From Mobula hypostoma (lineage: Eukaryota), in assembly GCF_963921235.1 (NCBI RefSeq), contig NC_086097.1:97590001-97654000 (forward strand): 64,000 nt of DNA, written 5' to 3'. Below, one piece after another: positions 13,540 to 25,988 of the stretch (position 1 is its first letter; every line of letters starts with the position of its first letter). Made by a program: the position numbers and the translations under genes. The notes under the pieces were generated by a model. It was not told the DNA's origin. It did not search any database and was given only the letters and a program-made list of their open reading frames with translations.

Positions 13540-14290
13540 CGGTAAGATGGCGGCGCACTCAGACACAGCAGCTTCTATGGGGCCAATCAAAGGTGTTGTT
13601 GACTTCAAACATTTATTATTATCGCAAGACCCTGCTGGATATTAAGAACTTAAAAGTACTGCTGGTCTAACCCATCAGTGAGCTGCTCGTTGGTGGAGAA
13701 ACTGAAGGAATCTGACTTGGTGTGGATCATGTTGCTGCCTGCATCAGGCAAGCATCGGAAGAGTTGGTGCGTGGAGGTGGTGTAGAGTGTAACAGCAAGT
13801 GATCATCTTGGTCACCATTCTTGTGATCACAAGACCCCATTGACATTGTTAATGTGGAATGCTGCAAGTCCAATTCGCTGGTTCATTGGCAGACAGTGGG
13901 GAAGGTGTGTGGCCTTGGTTGTAGTGAGGACTGGGCCTCGAGCCATGGTGTCACCTGTTTACAGCAGGCCAGAAAAGAGGTATCGAGGTGGGTGTGCTCC
14001 ACCGAAGGTGTGGCACGGTCAGAGTCAATGCTGCCCATTTCCTCTCCCACCCCCCGGTAATTGCTAGGCAGAGGACAAGCCATATTGTGTTCAACTGCAC
14101 ACTGCTGCAGCATTCATGAACTCGGGGACTTGGACTATATTTTTTTGTGTGACTGTATTCACTGCTATCTTACATGTGCTTTGTGTGCCTTGTGCTGTTG
14201 CTCATCTGTTTTGCACCTTGGCCTCAAGGCAACGCTATTTTGTCTGGCTGTTTTCATGTATGGTTGAATACCAATTGAACTTGAACTACA
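13540..14290 (+). mobile_element. Non-autonomous retroelement-like repeat
   Basis: Begins with aagatggcggcg and ends in a ttgaacttgaact tandem tail similar to Rex1-type tails elsewhere in the window; no coding remnant seen. Confidence 0.45.
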
Positions 14291-14496
14291 TGTTTTGGGT
14301 TACTTGTTGAGGAAAATAGAGCTTGGTTCTTGTGGTCTTTCTAACATCCAATAGTCATACAATAAATAGGTTGTACCAGACAGTGTTGAGACAAACCTGA
14401 CTTGTATGGTTGTGAATGGTAGGGATGACATTTTTTTGCAATTGTACTTTCTTGAACATTTGCTTGAAACTTGAAGTCAAAATCCAGTTTTCAGTA

Positions 14497-15372
14497 CTTG
14501 TGTTTTAAACCTTAGCACCTCTGTGATAACCAAAGGTAAATTTTAAAAAAAGTTAACTTGTACCACTAGGGAAGGATGGAGGAAACAAGCTTCTGAAATA
14601 AAATATTCAGAATCAACGTGTTTGAGCTGAGTTGTTAACAACGAATACATAACTTTTAATTGCTTTAACTATCAACATACATGGATAATTTTGTGGGATG
14701 GCGATGTGGGGCTTTGAGGCAGGGAAATGATGGGTTGAAAATTACATAATTTTGCAACACAGACAAAATGCTAGAGGAACTCATCAAGTCAGGCAGAATC
14801 TATGGAGGGGAATAAACAGTCAACGTTTCAGGCCTGTACCCATCATCGGGACTGGAAAGGACCCGAAGCATCAACTGTTTATTCCACTCCATGCTGCATT
14901 CCTCCAGCATTTTGTGTGTGTTGCTCAAAATATCCAGCATCAATAGAATTTTGTGTGGACATAATTCCACAATGGTGGATAATGCACCCATGTGTTCTAG
15001 CCCGCTAGTGGCATCTTTCATTTTTTTCTGGGAAACATTTCCATTCATGAGATCTTGCATAATACAGGGACTTTGCCTGACTTGCTGAGTTCCTCTATCA
15101 TTTTGTCTGTGTTGCAAAATTATGTAATTTTCAACCCATCATTTCCCTGCCTCAAAGCCCCACATCGCCATCCCACAAAATTATCCATGTATGTTGATAG
15201 TTAAAGCAATTAAAAGTTATGTATTCATTGTTAACAACTCAGCTCAAACACATTGATTCTGAATATTTTATTTCAGAAGCTTGTTTCCTCCATCCTTCCC
15301 TAGTGGTACAAGTTAACTTTTTTTTTAATTTACCTTTGGTTATCACAGAGGTGCTAAGGTTTAAAACACAAG
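14497..15372. repeat. 299 bp inverted duplication (arms 14497-14795 and 15074-15372; 278 bp spacer)
   Basis: The right arm is the reverse complement of the left arm, with about 6 differences counted by eye. Confidence 0.95.
14754..14941. mobile_element. Old Penelope-derived hairpin mini-element
   Basis: gcaacacagacaaaatgctagaggaa ... ttcctccagcattttgtgtgtgttgc plus a tccagcatc tail; same termini as the Penelope element at 18843-20964. Confidence 0.8.
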
Positions 15373-16438
15373 GTTTCTAGTGCATGAAAGTGACATTATA
15401 TTTGAAGTTGTGAATTGCTCTTTAATTTTATTCATTCATGGGATGTAGTTATCACTGGCAAGGCAGTTTTTATTGAGTATTTGTAATTGACATTGGGATG
15501 ATAGCGGTGAACCACAATGTATAATTGTGATTCAACTAAGTATTTACTTACAGCCACTTCAGCTGGCAATTGTGAATCAGTCATATGGTTAAACAGCTCT
15601 GGAGTTCCACATAGCTTGGACTAGTTAAGAAATCAGAAGTAAAAAATTAGGCTTGGCACATTTAATTCCATAACAAGTTAGTGCCAAAGGATACAGAAGG
15701 ACAAAATTGGCCAAGGTTCCTATTTTCAGTTAACTGCTGGGTAAATGTGGACACCAAATAACGTGGATTCTGATGCTGACCCACAAGATCACGATTAACA
15801 CAACTAATCCAGGGTACTGGATGGAAAGTGATGGGTGACCAGTGTCCTTGGAATGCATTCTGAATGGGGGTAAAAATTCAGATAATTCAAACCATCTGTT
15901 TGTGTTCTCCAGCTTCAATTCCTGTTTGAATATCTTACAACAAATTACTGTGTTCTGCTGATCCAATTTTTGTGAAGTTTCTGTTTTGGCTGAAAATTGT
16001 TTTCTTGGTCACAATCAGACATGAATACTATTTATTAAGTGATGTGGTTGGATGGTGGAAGTGAATTTTAACTGTACAGTTATAAAATCAATATGTGATG
16101 GGAGAAAATTAACCATTCAGGGTTGGGAAATAAGTTTTGGTAGACTCTACTTTTGCACTTACAAATTTAAAGTGATTGAAATTTAGGTATGAAATTTTTA
16201 TTGGATGTAAAGAATAGAACAAGGCTATTGGGTCAAATAATTTTCTTGTCTGAGAATATTCCATCAAAATTACCGCAGCCACACTGGAAGTTGGAAAAAA
16301 AAAGATGGTTTTATGAGAGCAGGAAGCTAACTTAATCAAATAAAATAGGGCTGGGTGATTCAAAATCATTCTTATCAGAATCAGGTTTGTTATCATTGCA
16401 AACGTAAATTTGTTGTTCTGCAACAGCATTATAGTACA

Positions 16439-16844
16439 TGTAGGAGCCATTAATCTACCTCCTGTCTGGATTGTATTTTGGGTTATGGTCACAGGTGGCA
16501 GAAGGGAATAAGTATAGTCACATTTTCACCCTTTGTGCCATAAGATTTTACTTAGCCAGCCAGGGAATGATTTTTTTTTTGGTGTTGACCACTATCTCAC
16601 TAATTTGGTTATGTTAACTTAGTTTATTTCACTTGTTTACACTTATTTCACTATCTTCTATGCTACTTTTGTTATTTTTTTAGTCACTATATAAGATCAT
16701 TTGTTTTTGCTGGTTTTGTAATAAAGGATTGCACATACTTTTTTTGGACTTGGAACTCAGTTATTTGGAAGTGCATCATACAGTGTCGAATCCTTTACTC
16801 AGTATCTCAACAGTTTTGGGTTTGTTTTTTAAGTAACTGCTACA
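16439..16844 (+). repeat. BEL/Pao 5' LTR
   Basis: TG...CA termini, internal AATAAA, and blocks shared with 29009-29380 (gctggttttgtaataaag; ttggaactcagttatttggaagtg). Confidence 0.85.
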
Positions 16845-18842
16845 TTTTGTCAACAAAAAAAAAGATACCAAACAAACACCAGTTTAAGGCAAAGGATTGC
16901 ATGGGACCTGTTGGTGAACCCGGAGCTTCTTCTATGCGATTATCTGCAACCTTTTGTTGACTCATGCTGTGTACTTGTGGTTTGAACATAGTTTTGAATG
17001 GTCAGCACTGCCCATCCACTGGGGACCATTGCTAGATTGTGTGAGGATTCATTGCTTTGTTTAATTGAAAGGTTGAAATATTCTTCCAGTTGCCAACATT
17101 TAATTGAATGGTGTTTGTGTGGTCTGGTTTAGTGTTATGGATGTGCAGACAGTTTGTCATGTTTATTGAACGGAATATTGGTGTATTTTGCAAGTGTGCT
17201 GCAGACCAACAAAGAGTTAACTGAGAGTTGCACCATGAGGAGAAAGTAACATGAGTGAATCAAAGCATGGAACTGACATCAGCAACCTAAAGTCGGGCTG
17301 GCAAATATAAATTAAACTTTCTATCAAAGCTTTGGTGAGTAGAGTGGGGTGTCTTCAAAAGAAGTATAAAACAATTGTGAACTAAGTTAAAGGCTTAATA
17401 CCATCAATTAACGATCCTATGAAAAAGAAGGAAAATGTCTTACAAGTGCAATCTCATTTTGAAAACTAATCTGTGAATTTGTTGCTTAGCAATATTAATG
17501 TCATTACTTCCCAAGGACGAACAGAAAAAACAGAATGAATGTTTTTCAAGCATTGATAGCTATAGCAGTGCATTCAGAGGTTGTGAAAGAATGGTTGACC
17601 CAAACATGTTACGGTGAAGGTCATGTTGCTGCAATAAGTGAAAATAGGTATCACCTTCCAACAGACGGTGCTTCTCAAAATTCAAGGCATGTTTTGACGA
17701 TGCGGATGACCCACAAGATGATGTGAAACCGAACAGCTGTGTGCCAAATGAAGCTCTGCTGCAGGAAGAAAAGCTTCTGTATCTAATACCTGCTCTGCAC
17801 ATGTTTTTTTAAAAAAAGAGGCTGATTTAGCTGCATTAATGGCATATCGATTATTGAAGGACAAGCATGCTCCGGAGGAGCAAGAGGAATAATTAATTGC
17901 TATGGAACTATGGAGAAGAAAGGAACAGCTTAAGTTGGAAAAAATTGCCACACATATGGCTGAAGTTTATGTGATAGGAGCTTCACACGTGGTGACTGCT
18001 AAAAGTGCTCCAGCAGGACAGTCCTATAGTGCGAGTTCCTATATTGAAAAGGCACACAGGAACACAAAAATACTCAATGTCAATGTTGATTCATTGGTTC
18101 CTCAGGTGTATGGGATACATGAACAAGGCCTCTAAGAGGTAGTTCAGGGTGTTTACTATCAGCTCGCGCTAATGAGGCGCTTTGTACCTATGTTATGTCT
18201 AACAGCTCAAAAGGCTTATGGGGACATTCATTTACAGCAAGGTACAGTGGACTTTAAAATGAAGGTACAGTCGACCTTCACTAATCTGACTACATGTAAT
18301 CTGGTTCCTTCGATAATTCGGCACTGATTATGCTTAATGTGATCCTTCTGTAATTTGGCATTTTCACTAATCCAGCACTCCTTGGGTCCCAATGGTGCAG
18401 GATTAGTGAAGGTCAACCTGCACATCTCTTTGGAGCAACCTTTATTACTGAGCTGTGTCATCTTTGCCCTTAGGAAATGCACAGTAGACAATAAACAACA
18501 GTTTAGCCAAGAGATGGTGGATAAGGTTTTACTTTGCTTCTATGTTGACTGCCTTGTATCAGTGTCCTCTGAGGAAGAAGTGGTGTCTCTCTTGTATCCA
18601 TTTGTGCTAAAGGTGGCTTTCAACTCTCGAAGTGGATAAGCAGCAGTCACAGGGTGCCAGCCGTGATACCAGAAGAGCAAAGAATGAAAGACATGAAGGA
18701 TTTGAATCAAGAAATGGCGTCAGTGGAGTGTATGCTGGATGTGCAATGGTGCATTCAGTCTGATACTTTAAAGTTTAAGATCATGATCCAAAATAGACCA
18801 CTTACCAGAAGGAGCGTCTTTTCCACATTTAGTTCCATCTGT

Positions 18843-20964
18843 CAACACACATAAAAATTGCTGGTGAACACAGCAGGCCAGGCAGCATCTTTAGGAAGAG
18901 GTACAGTCGACGTTTTGGGCTGAGACCCTTCGTCAGGACTAAAAGAAGAACTAGTAAGAGATTTGTAAGTGGGAGGGGGGGATCCAAAATGATAGGAGAA
19001 GACAGGAGGCGGGGAGGGATGAAGCCAAGAGCTGGACAGTTGATTGGCAGAAGGGATATGAGAGGATCATGGGACAGGAGGCCCAGGGAGAAAGGGTGGG
19101 GGAGCCCAGAGGATGGGCAGGGGGTATAGTGAGAGGGACAAAAGGAGAGAGAGAAAAAGAATGTGTGTATATAAATAATTAACAGATGGGGTACAAGGGG
19201 GAGGTGGAGCATTAGGGGAAATTTGAGAAGTCAACGTTCATGCCATCAGGTTGGAGGCCACTCAGATGGAATATAAGGTGTTGTTCCTCCAACTTGGGTG
19301 TGGCTTCATCTTTACAGTCGAGGAGGCCGTGGATAGACATATCAGAATGGGAATGGGACGTGGAATTAAAATGAGTGACCACTGGGAGATCCTGCTTTCT
19401 CTGGCGGACAGAGCGTAGGTGTTCAGCGAAACAATCTCCCAGTCTGCGTCAGGTCTCGCCAATATATAGAAGGCCGCATCAGGAACACCGGACACAGTAT
19501 ATCACCCCAGTCAACTCACAGGTGAAGTGTCGCCTCACCTGGAAGGACTGTCTGGGGCCCTGAATGGTAGTGAGGGAGGAAGTGTAAGGGCATGTGTAGC
19601 ACTTGTTTCGCTTACAAGGGTAAGTGCCAGGAGGGAGATCAGTGGGGAGGGATGGAGGGGGAGATGAATGGACAAGGGAGTCGCATAGGGAACAATCCCT
19701 GCGGAAAGCGGGGGGGGGGGAGGGAAAGATGTGTTCAGTGGTGGGATCCCATTGGAGGTGGCGGAAGTTACGGAGCATTATATGTTGGACCTGGAGGCTG
19801 GTGGGGTGGTAGGTGAGGACAAGGGGAGCCCTATTCCTAGTGGGGTGGCGGGAGGATGGAGTGAGAGCAGAAGTGCGTGAAATGGGGGAGATGCATTTGA
19901 GAGCAGAGTTGATGGTGGAGGAAGGGAAGCTCCTTTCTTTAAAAAAGGAGGACATCTCCTTCATCCTGGAATGAAAAGCCTCATCCTGAGAGCAGAGCGG
20001 CGGAGATGGAGCAATTGCGAGAAGGAGATGGCGTTTTTGAAAGAGACAGGGTGAGAAGAGGAATAGTCCAGAAAGCTATGAGAGTCCGTAGGCTTATAGT
20101 AGACATCAGTAGATAAGCTATCTGCAGAGATAGAGACAGAAAGATCTAGAAAGGGGAGAGAGGTGTCGGAAATGGACCAGGTAAACTTGAGGGCAGGGTG
20201 AAAGTTGGAGGCAAAGTTAATGAAGTCAACGAGTTCAGCATGCGTGCAGGAAGCAACGCCAATGCGGTCGTCGATGTAGCGAAGGAAATGTGGGGGACAG
20301 TGTCCACCAGAGAAAGCAGAATCTCCCAGTGGCATTATTTCGCTGAACACCTACACTCTGTCCGCCAGAGAAAGCAGGATCTCCCAGTGGCCACACATTT
20401 TAATTCCACATCCCATTCCCATTCTGATATGTCTATCCACGGCCTCCCCTACTGTAAAGATGAAGCCACACTCGGGTTGGAGGAACAACACCTTATATTC
20501 CGTCTGGGTAGCCTCCAACCTGATGGCATGAACATTGACTTCTCAAACTTCTGCTAATGCCCCACCTCCCCCTTGTACCCCATCCGTTATTTATATACAC
20601 ACATTCTTTTTCTCTCTCTTCTTTTGTCCCTCTCACTATACTCCTTGCCCATCCTCTGGGCTCCCCCACCCTTTCTCCCTGGGCCTCCTGTCCCATGATC
20701 CTCTCATATTCCTTTTGCCAATCAACTGTCCAGCTCTTGGCTCCATCCCTCCCCCTCCTGTCTTCTCCTATCATTTTGGATCTTCCCCTCACTCTCCCAC
20801 TTTCAAATCTCTTACTACCTCTTCTTTCAGTTAGTCCTGACAAAGGGTCTGGGCCTGAAATGTCGACTGTACCTCTCCCTAGAGATGCTGCTTGGCCTGC
20901 TGCGTTCACCAGCAACTTTTATGTGTGTTGCTTGAAATTCCAGCATCTGCAGATTTCCTTGTGT
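18843..20964 (-). mobile_element. 5'-truncated Penelope-like element with inverted pseudo-LTR
   Basis: Minus-strand RT C-terminus (FLRYIDD, LPFLD, VYYKPTDSH) and GIY-YIG start (GVIYCVRCS). Inverted copy of the 3' ~590 bp at 20336-20930. Flanking duplication of about 15 bp, tttagttccaYctRt (18828-18842 and 20965-20979). Confidence 0.92.
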
Positions 20965-23118
20965 TTTAGTTCCACCTATGATCCTTTAGGAAACTTGAGA
21001 CCAGTGATGCTATCTGCTAAGATTCTTCAAGATCCATGTAAGAAAGAGCTCAGCTGGGATGACACTATACCAACATCAGTTGCTCATAGGTGGACAAGCT
21101 GTCTGAAGGAACTCTGCCAGTTGGAAGACCTCAAGGTTGTTAAATGTTTGAATTCTCTGGATTTTGAAGTTATTGCTGCAGAGATACACTACTTTATAGA
21201 AACAAATGAAGATGGCTGTGAAACAGTAACCTATCTGTTGCTGCACAAAATGCACGTAGTGCTCTGTACTTTTATCATGGGGAAATCTAGGGTAGCTCTG
21301 AAATCAGTTTCTATCCCTCATATGGAGCTCATGCTGCTATGGTAGTAAGCCATATGGACACTCATGGAGGAAGGAGTTATGCATTCAGTCTAGGGTGGCC
21401 ATTTCCAAATTTCCAAAAAGGAGGACATTGCATACTTGGTCATAGGTTCATTTCAAAACTGTGTGTTTCAAAAAATTTATTTTTTCTATAAAATTTAAAC
21501 CATGTTTCAAAAACAACAAATGCAAACAGATGATCACTTTATTTTAGTAAACAAAAATTCTAACACGATACTTTTTTTGCCTATATAAATCCAGCAAAAA
21601 CCTAGCTATTTCATCATTAATCAGTGATTTTCTGCCAGAGCCCTTTTTCCTATTCAATTCATCATTCTGCAAATTACATACATACATTCATACAGCATAA
21701 ATAAAGAACTGAAAGAAATGAATATTCATTGTTACTCCTGCTGAAGCCGATATGCTAACCAAATTAACTTCACAAACTAAAGGAAGTAACCTACTTAGGC
21801 CTACCATGGACTGCCAGGTATGGATGTTTATTTTTTGTATTTCTGCCCTTTACTTGCCATCTCCAGGAGTTTTTTGTACATGGCTGGGTACTCTTCTGAG
21901 AAGTTGTTACATATTTGGAGCTCTGCTTTGACTGAGTCCACTTGCAGACGGTTTCTCTCGTTTCTCCAAGCTGACGTCATCATTGAAAAAACTCATTCTG
22001 TGTGAGCATTGCTGCGTGGAATAGAGAAGATATAAATACTCACCTTCTTCAGGTTTGTAAGAGAGACCTCAGATATACTGAACAGCTTGAGATAACGTTC
22101 TTCACTATGGCTACCTACCATCTCAGGAGTATTGATAATTGCCTCCACAATCCCATACTCTTCATATAATTCATCCATATCAATATCTTGAAAGTTACAG
22201 GCCTTGACTGCATCACAGAATTCTCCAAAAGGTATGGCACTTGTTAGGCTCAATTTTGACACTTTGTTATTAAAGCTGTTTTCAGAGAAGTCATACCTGT
22301 CACTTAAGTACTTTATGACTCTCTCACAGAAAACAATGAAGTCTGCTTCACATTTCTTAGACAAATCAGGGGTAAGCTGGCTAAGCTTGGTGTTCACTGC
22401 AAAGCCAAAAAAAACAGTCCTTTACTCTTCTCTCAAGTTTGCTTTTCAGTTCAGCCATTAGCTTAAATACTGAAATTATGCTGAATGACTTGGCTTCTAG
22501 TACTTCAATGTCTGAGAACGATTTAAGAGTGTGACTGAAGAAGAAGAAGAAATAGATCTCTGACGATTCACAGGCATTTCCTTCATCTCCAAAGCACTTC
22601 CACAGTACCTTAGGGCACTCCTCCTCACCCAGACTCTGAAAATAACTTTTTAGGACTTCCCAGCACTTCAAGTATTCTGTCAATAGATGGCAAAAGAGAG
22701 AGCCATCTTGTCACAACATGCCGTAACAGATTACAATTATCAACATCCACAAATTCACAGAATTCCTTCAACTGTGCTGTTCTTTCAGCTGAGATGCTGA
22801 AATGGTTGTACACTTTGAACACAATAGTTTCAACATCAATTTCCAGTTTTCCTGTAGCAAATCTTGTTGCATTGTACAAAATATGGGCCAGACAATTTGC
22901 AGCAATAATGTTCTTTTGAGCCATTTTCAGTTTTTGATAAACACTCTTGTGTTTTCCATAGTTTACACAGGGTATGCCGACACTTTATTCAGATCCAGAC
23001 CTGACGTCTCTAGTTTAACCAGTAGCTGATTTGTTATGTCCTCTGCTGATTCATTGTTAGTGCTGTAAAAGTCAAGTAACACATGTTGCACTCCCTTCTC
23101 AAAATTAAGGTATCTCAG

Positions 23119-25635
23119 AAGGAACAGCAGTTATAATGGGTGACTTCAATCTACATGTAGATTGGGTGAACCAAATTGGTAAAGGTGCTGAGGAAGAGGA
23201 TTTCTTGGAATGTATGCGGGATGGTTTTTTGAACCAACATGTCGAGGAACCAACTAGAGAGCAGGCTATTCTGGACTGGGTTTTGGGCAATGAGGAAGGG
23301 TTAATTAGCAATCTTGTCGTGAGAGGCCCCTTGGGTAAGAGTGACCATAATATGGTGGAATTCTTCATTAAGATGGAGAGTGACATAGTTAATTCAGAAA
23401 CAAAGGTTCTGAACTTAAAGAGGGGTAACTTTGAAGGTATGAGACGTGAATTAGCTAAGATAGACTGGCAAATGACACTTAAAGGATTGACGGTGGATAT
23501 GCAATGGCAAGCATTTAAAGGTTGCATGGATGAACTGCAACAATTGTTCATCCCAGTTTGGCAAAAGAATAAATCAAGGAAGGTAGTGCACCCGTGGCTG
23601 ACAAGAGAAATTAGGGATAGTATCAATTCCAAAGAAGAAGCATACAAATTAGCCAGAGAAAGTGGTTCACCTGAGGACTGAGAGAAATTCAGAGTTCAGC
23701 AGAGGAGGACAAAGGGCTTAATTAGGAAGGGTAAAAAAGATCATGAGAGAAAACTGGCAGGGAACATAAAAACGGACTGTAAAAGCTTTTATAGATATGT
23801 AAAAAGGAAAAGACTGGTAAAGACAAATGTAGGTCCCCTGCAGACAGAAACAGGTGAATTGATTATGGAGAGCAAGGACATGGCAGACCAATTGAATAAT
23901 TACTTTGGTTCTGTCTTCACTAAGGAGGACATAAATAATCATCCAGAAATAGTAGGGGACAGAGGGTCCAGTGAGATGGAGGAACTGAGCGAAATACATG
24001 TTAGTAGAGAAGTGGTGTTAGGTAAATTGAAGGGATTGAAGGCAGATAAATCCCCAGGGCCAGATGGTCTGCATCCCAGAGTGCTTAAGGAAGTAGCCCA
24101 AGAAATAGTGGATGCATTAGTGATAATTTTTCAAAACTCGTTAGATTCTGGACTAGTTCCTGAGGATTGGAGGGTGGCTAATGTAACTCCACTTTTTAAA
24201 AAAGGAGGGAGAGAGAAACCGGGGAATTATAGACCGGTTAGCCTAACGTCGGTGGTGGGGAAACTGCTGGAGTCAGTTATCAAGGATGTGATAACAGCAC
24301 ATTTGGAAAGCGGTGAAATGATCGGACAAAGTCAGCATGGATTTGTGAAAGGAAAATCATGTCTGACGAATCTCATAGAATTTTTTGAGGATGTAACTAG
24401 TAGAGTGGATAGGGGAGAACCAGTGGATGTGGTATATTTGGATTTTCAAAAGGCTTTTGACAAGGTCCCACACAGGAGATTAGTGTGCAAACTTAAAGCA
24501 CACGGTATTGGGGGTAAGGTATTGGTGTGGGTGGAGAATTGGTTAGCAGACAGGAAGCAAAGAGTGGGAATAAACGGGACCTTTTCAGAATGGCAGGCGG
24601 TGACTAGTGGGGTACCGCAAGGCTCAGTGCTGGGACCCCAGTTGTTTACAATATATATTAATGACTTGGATGAGGGAATTAAATGCAGCATCTCCAAGTT
24701 TGCGGATGACACGAAGCTGGGTGGCAGTGTTAGCTGTGAGGAGGATGCTAAGAGGATGCAGGGTGACTTGGATAGGTTGGGTGAGTAGGCAAATTCATGG
24801 CAGATGCAATTTAATGTGGATAAATGTGAAGTTATCCACTTTGGTGGCAAAAATAGGAAAACAGATTATTATCTGAATGGTGGCCGATTAGGAAAAGGGG
24901 AGGTGCAACGAGACCTGGGTGTCATCATACACCAGTCATTGAAAGTGGGCATGCAGGTACAGCAGGCGGTGAGAAAGGCGAATGGTATGCTGGCATTTAT
25001 AGCGAGAGGATTTGAGTACAAGAGCAGGGAGGTACTACTGCAGTTGTACAAGGCCTTGGTGAGACCACACCTGGAGTATTGTGTGCAGTTTTGGTCCCCT
25101 AATCTGAGGAAAGACATCCTTGCCATAGAGGGAGTACAAAGAAGGTTCACCAGATTGATTCCTGGGATGGCAGGTCTTTCATATGAAGAAAGACTGGATG
25201 AACTGGGCTTGTACTCGTTGGAATTTAGAAGATTGAGGGGGGATCTGACTGAAACATATAAGATCCTAAAGGGATTGGACAGGCTAGATGTAGGAAGATT
25301 GTTCCCAATGTTGGGGAAGTCCAGAACGAGGGGCCACAGTCTGAGGATAGAGGGGAAGCCTGTTAGGACCGAGATTAGGAAAAACTTCTTCACACAGAGA
25401 GTGGTGAATCTGTGGAATTCTCTGCCACAGGAAACAGTTGAGGCCAGTTCATTGGCTATATTTAAGAGGGAGTTAGATATGGCCCTTGTGGCTACGGGGG
25501 TCAGGGGGTATGGAGGGAAGGCTGGGGTGGGGTTCTGAGTTGGATGATCAGCCATGATCATAATAAATGGCAGTGCAGGCTCGAAGGGCCGAATGGCCTA
25601 CTCCTGCACCTATTTTCTCTGTTTCTATGTTTCTA
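23119..25635 (+). mobile_element. Young 5'-truncated CR1 inside the hAT transposase
   Basis: ORF2 from MGDFN to the C-terminus, with two nonsense changes (TGA 23679-23681 and TAG 24786-24788); tgtttcta tandem tail. Confidence 0.95.
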
Positions 25636-25760
25636 AGTATTGGGAAACATTTTGTTGCACCTTTGTTTGAAGCATCAGTTGCTACTGAAAAGGGCCTTTG
25701 ATATACTCCACATGCTTTTGTACAGAATATGGTGCTAGAATATTTTCACACAGAGCTTTT

Positions 25761-25988
25761 GCTTTAGTTTTCCCAGATGTTACACCTTTCACTATCAATG
25801 AGTCACTGTATATTTCTTTGCCTGGTCATCTGGAGGAGGTTGTATGATGTTGAAAGACCCGAAACACCCGATGATTCCAGGAACATCACTGAAGATGTGT
25901 CCAGAAGCATCAATAGATGTATGTACACAGCTTTAGTTTTCCCACATGTTACACCTTCCACTATCAATGAGTCACTGTATATTTCTTT
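25761..25988. repeat. 59 bp direct repeat flanking a 110 bp insert
   Basis: 25761-25819 and 25930-25988 differ at 2 positions and flank unrelated sequence at 25820-25929. Confidence 0.85.

Noticed and set aside
20557..21345. 262 aa ORF joining Penelope pseudo-LTR sequence to the BEL/Pao pol frame
   Set aside because: The first half is pyrimidine-rich non-coding repeat and the host BEL element is heavily decayed; an accidental open frame.
24869..25561. Long antisense ORFs over CR1 ORF2 (also 23105-23647, 3832-4347, 33596-34000, 35072-35575, 57535-57939)
   Set aside because: Shadow frames of a coding strand, repeated only because the copies are near-identical; no recognisable domain.
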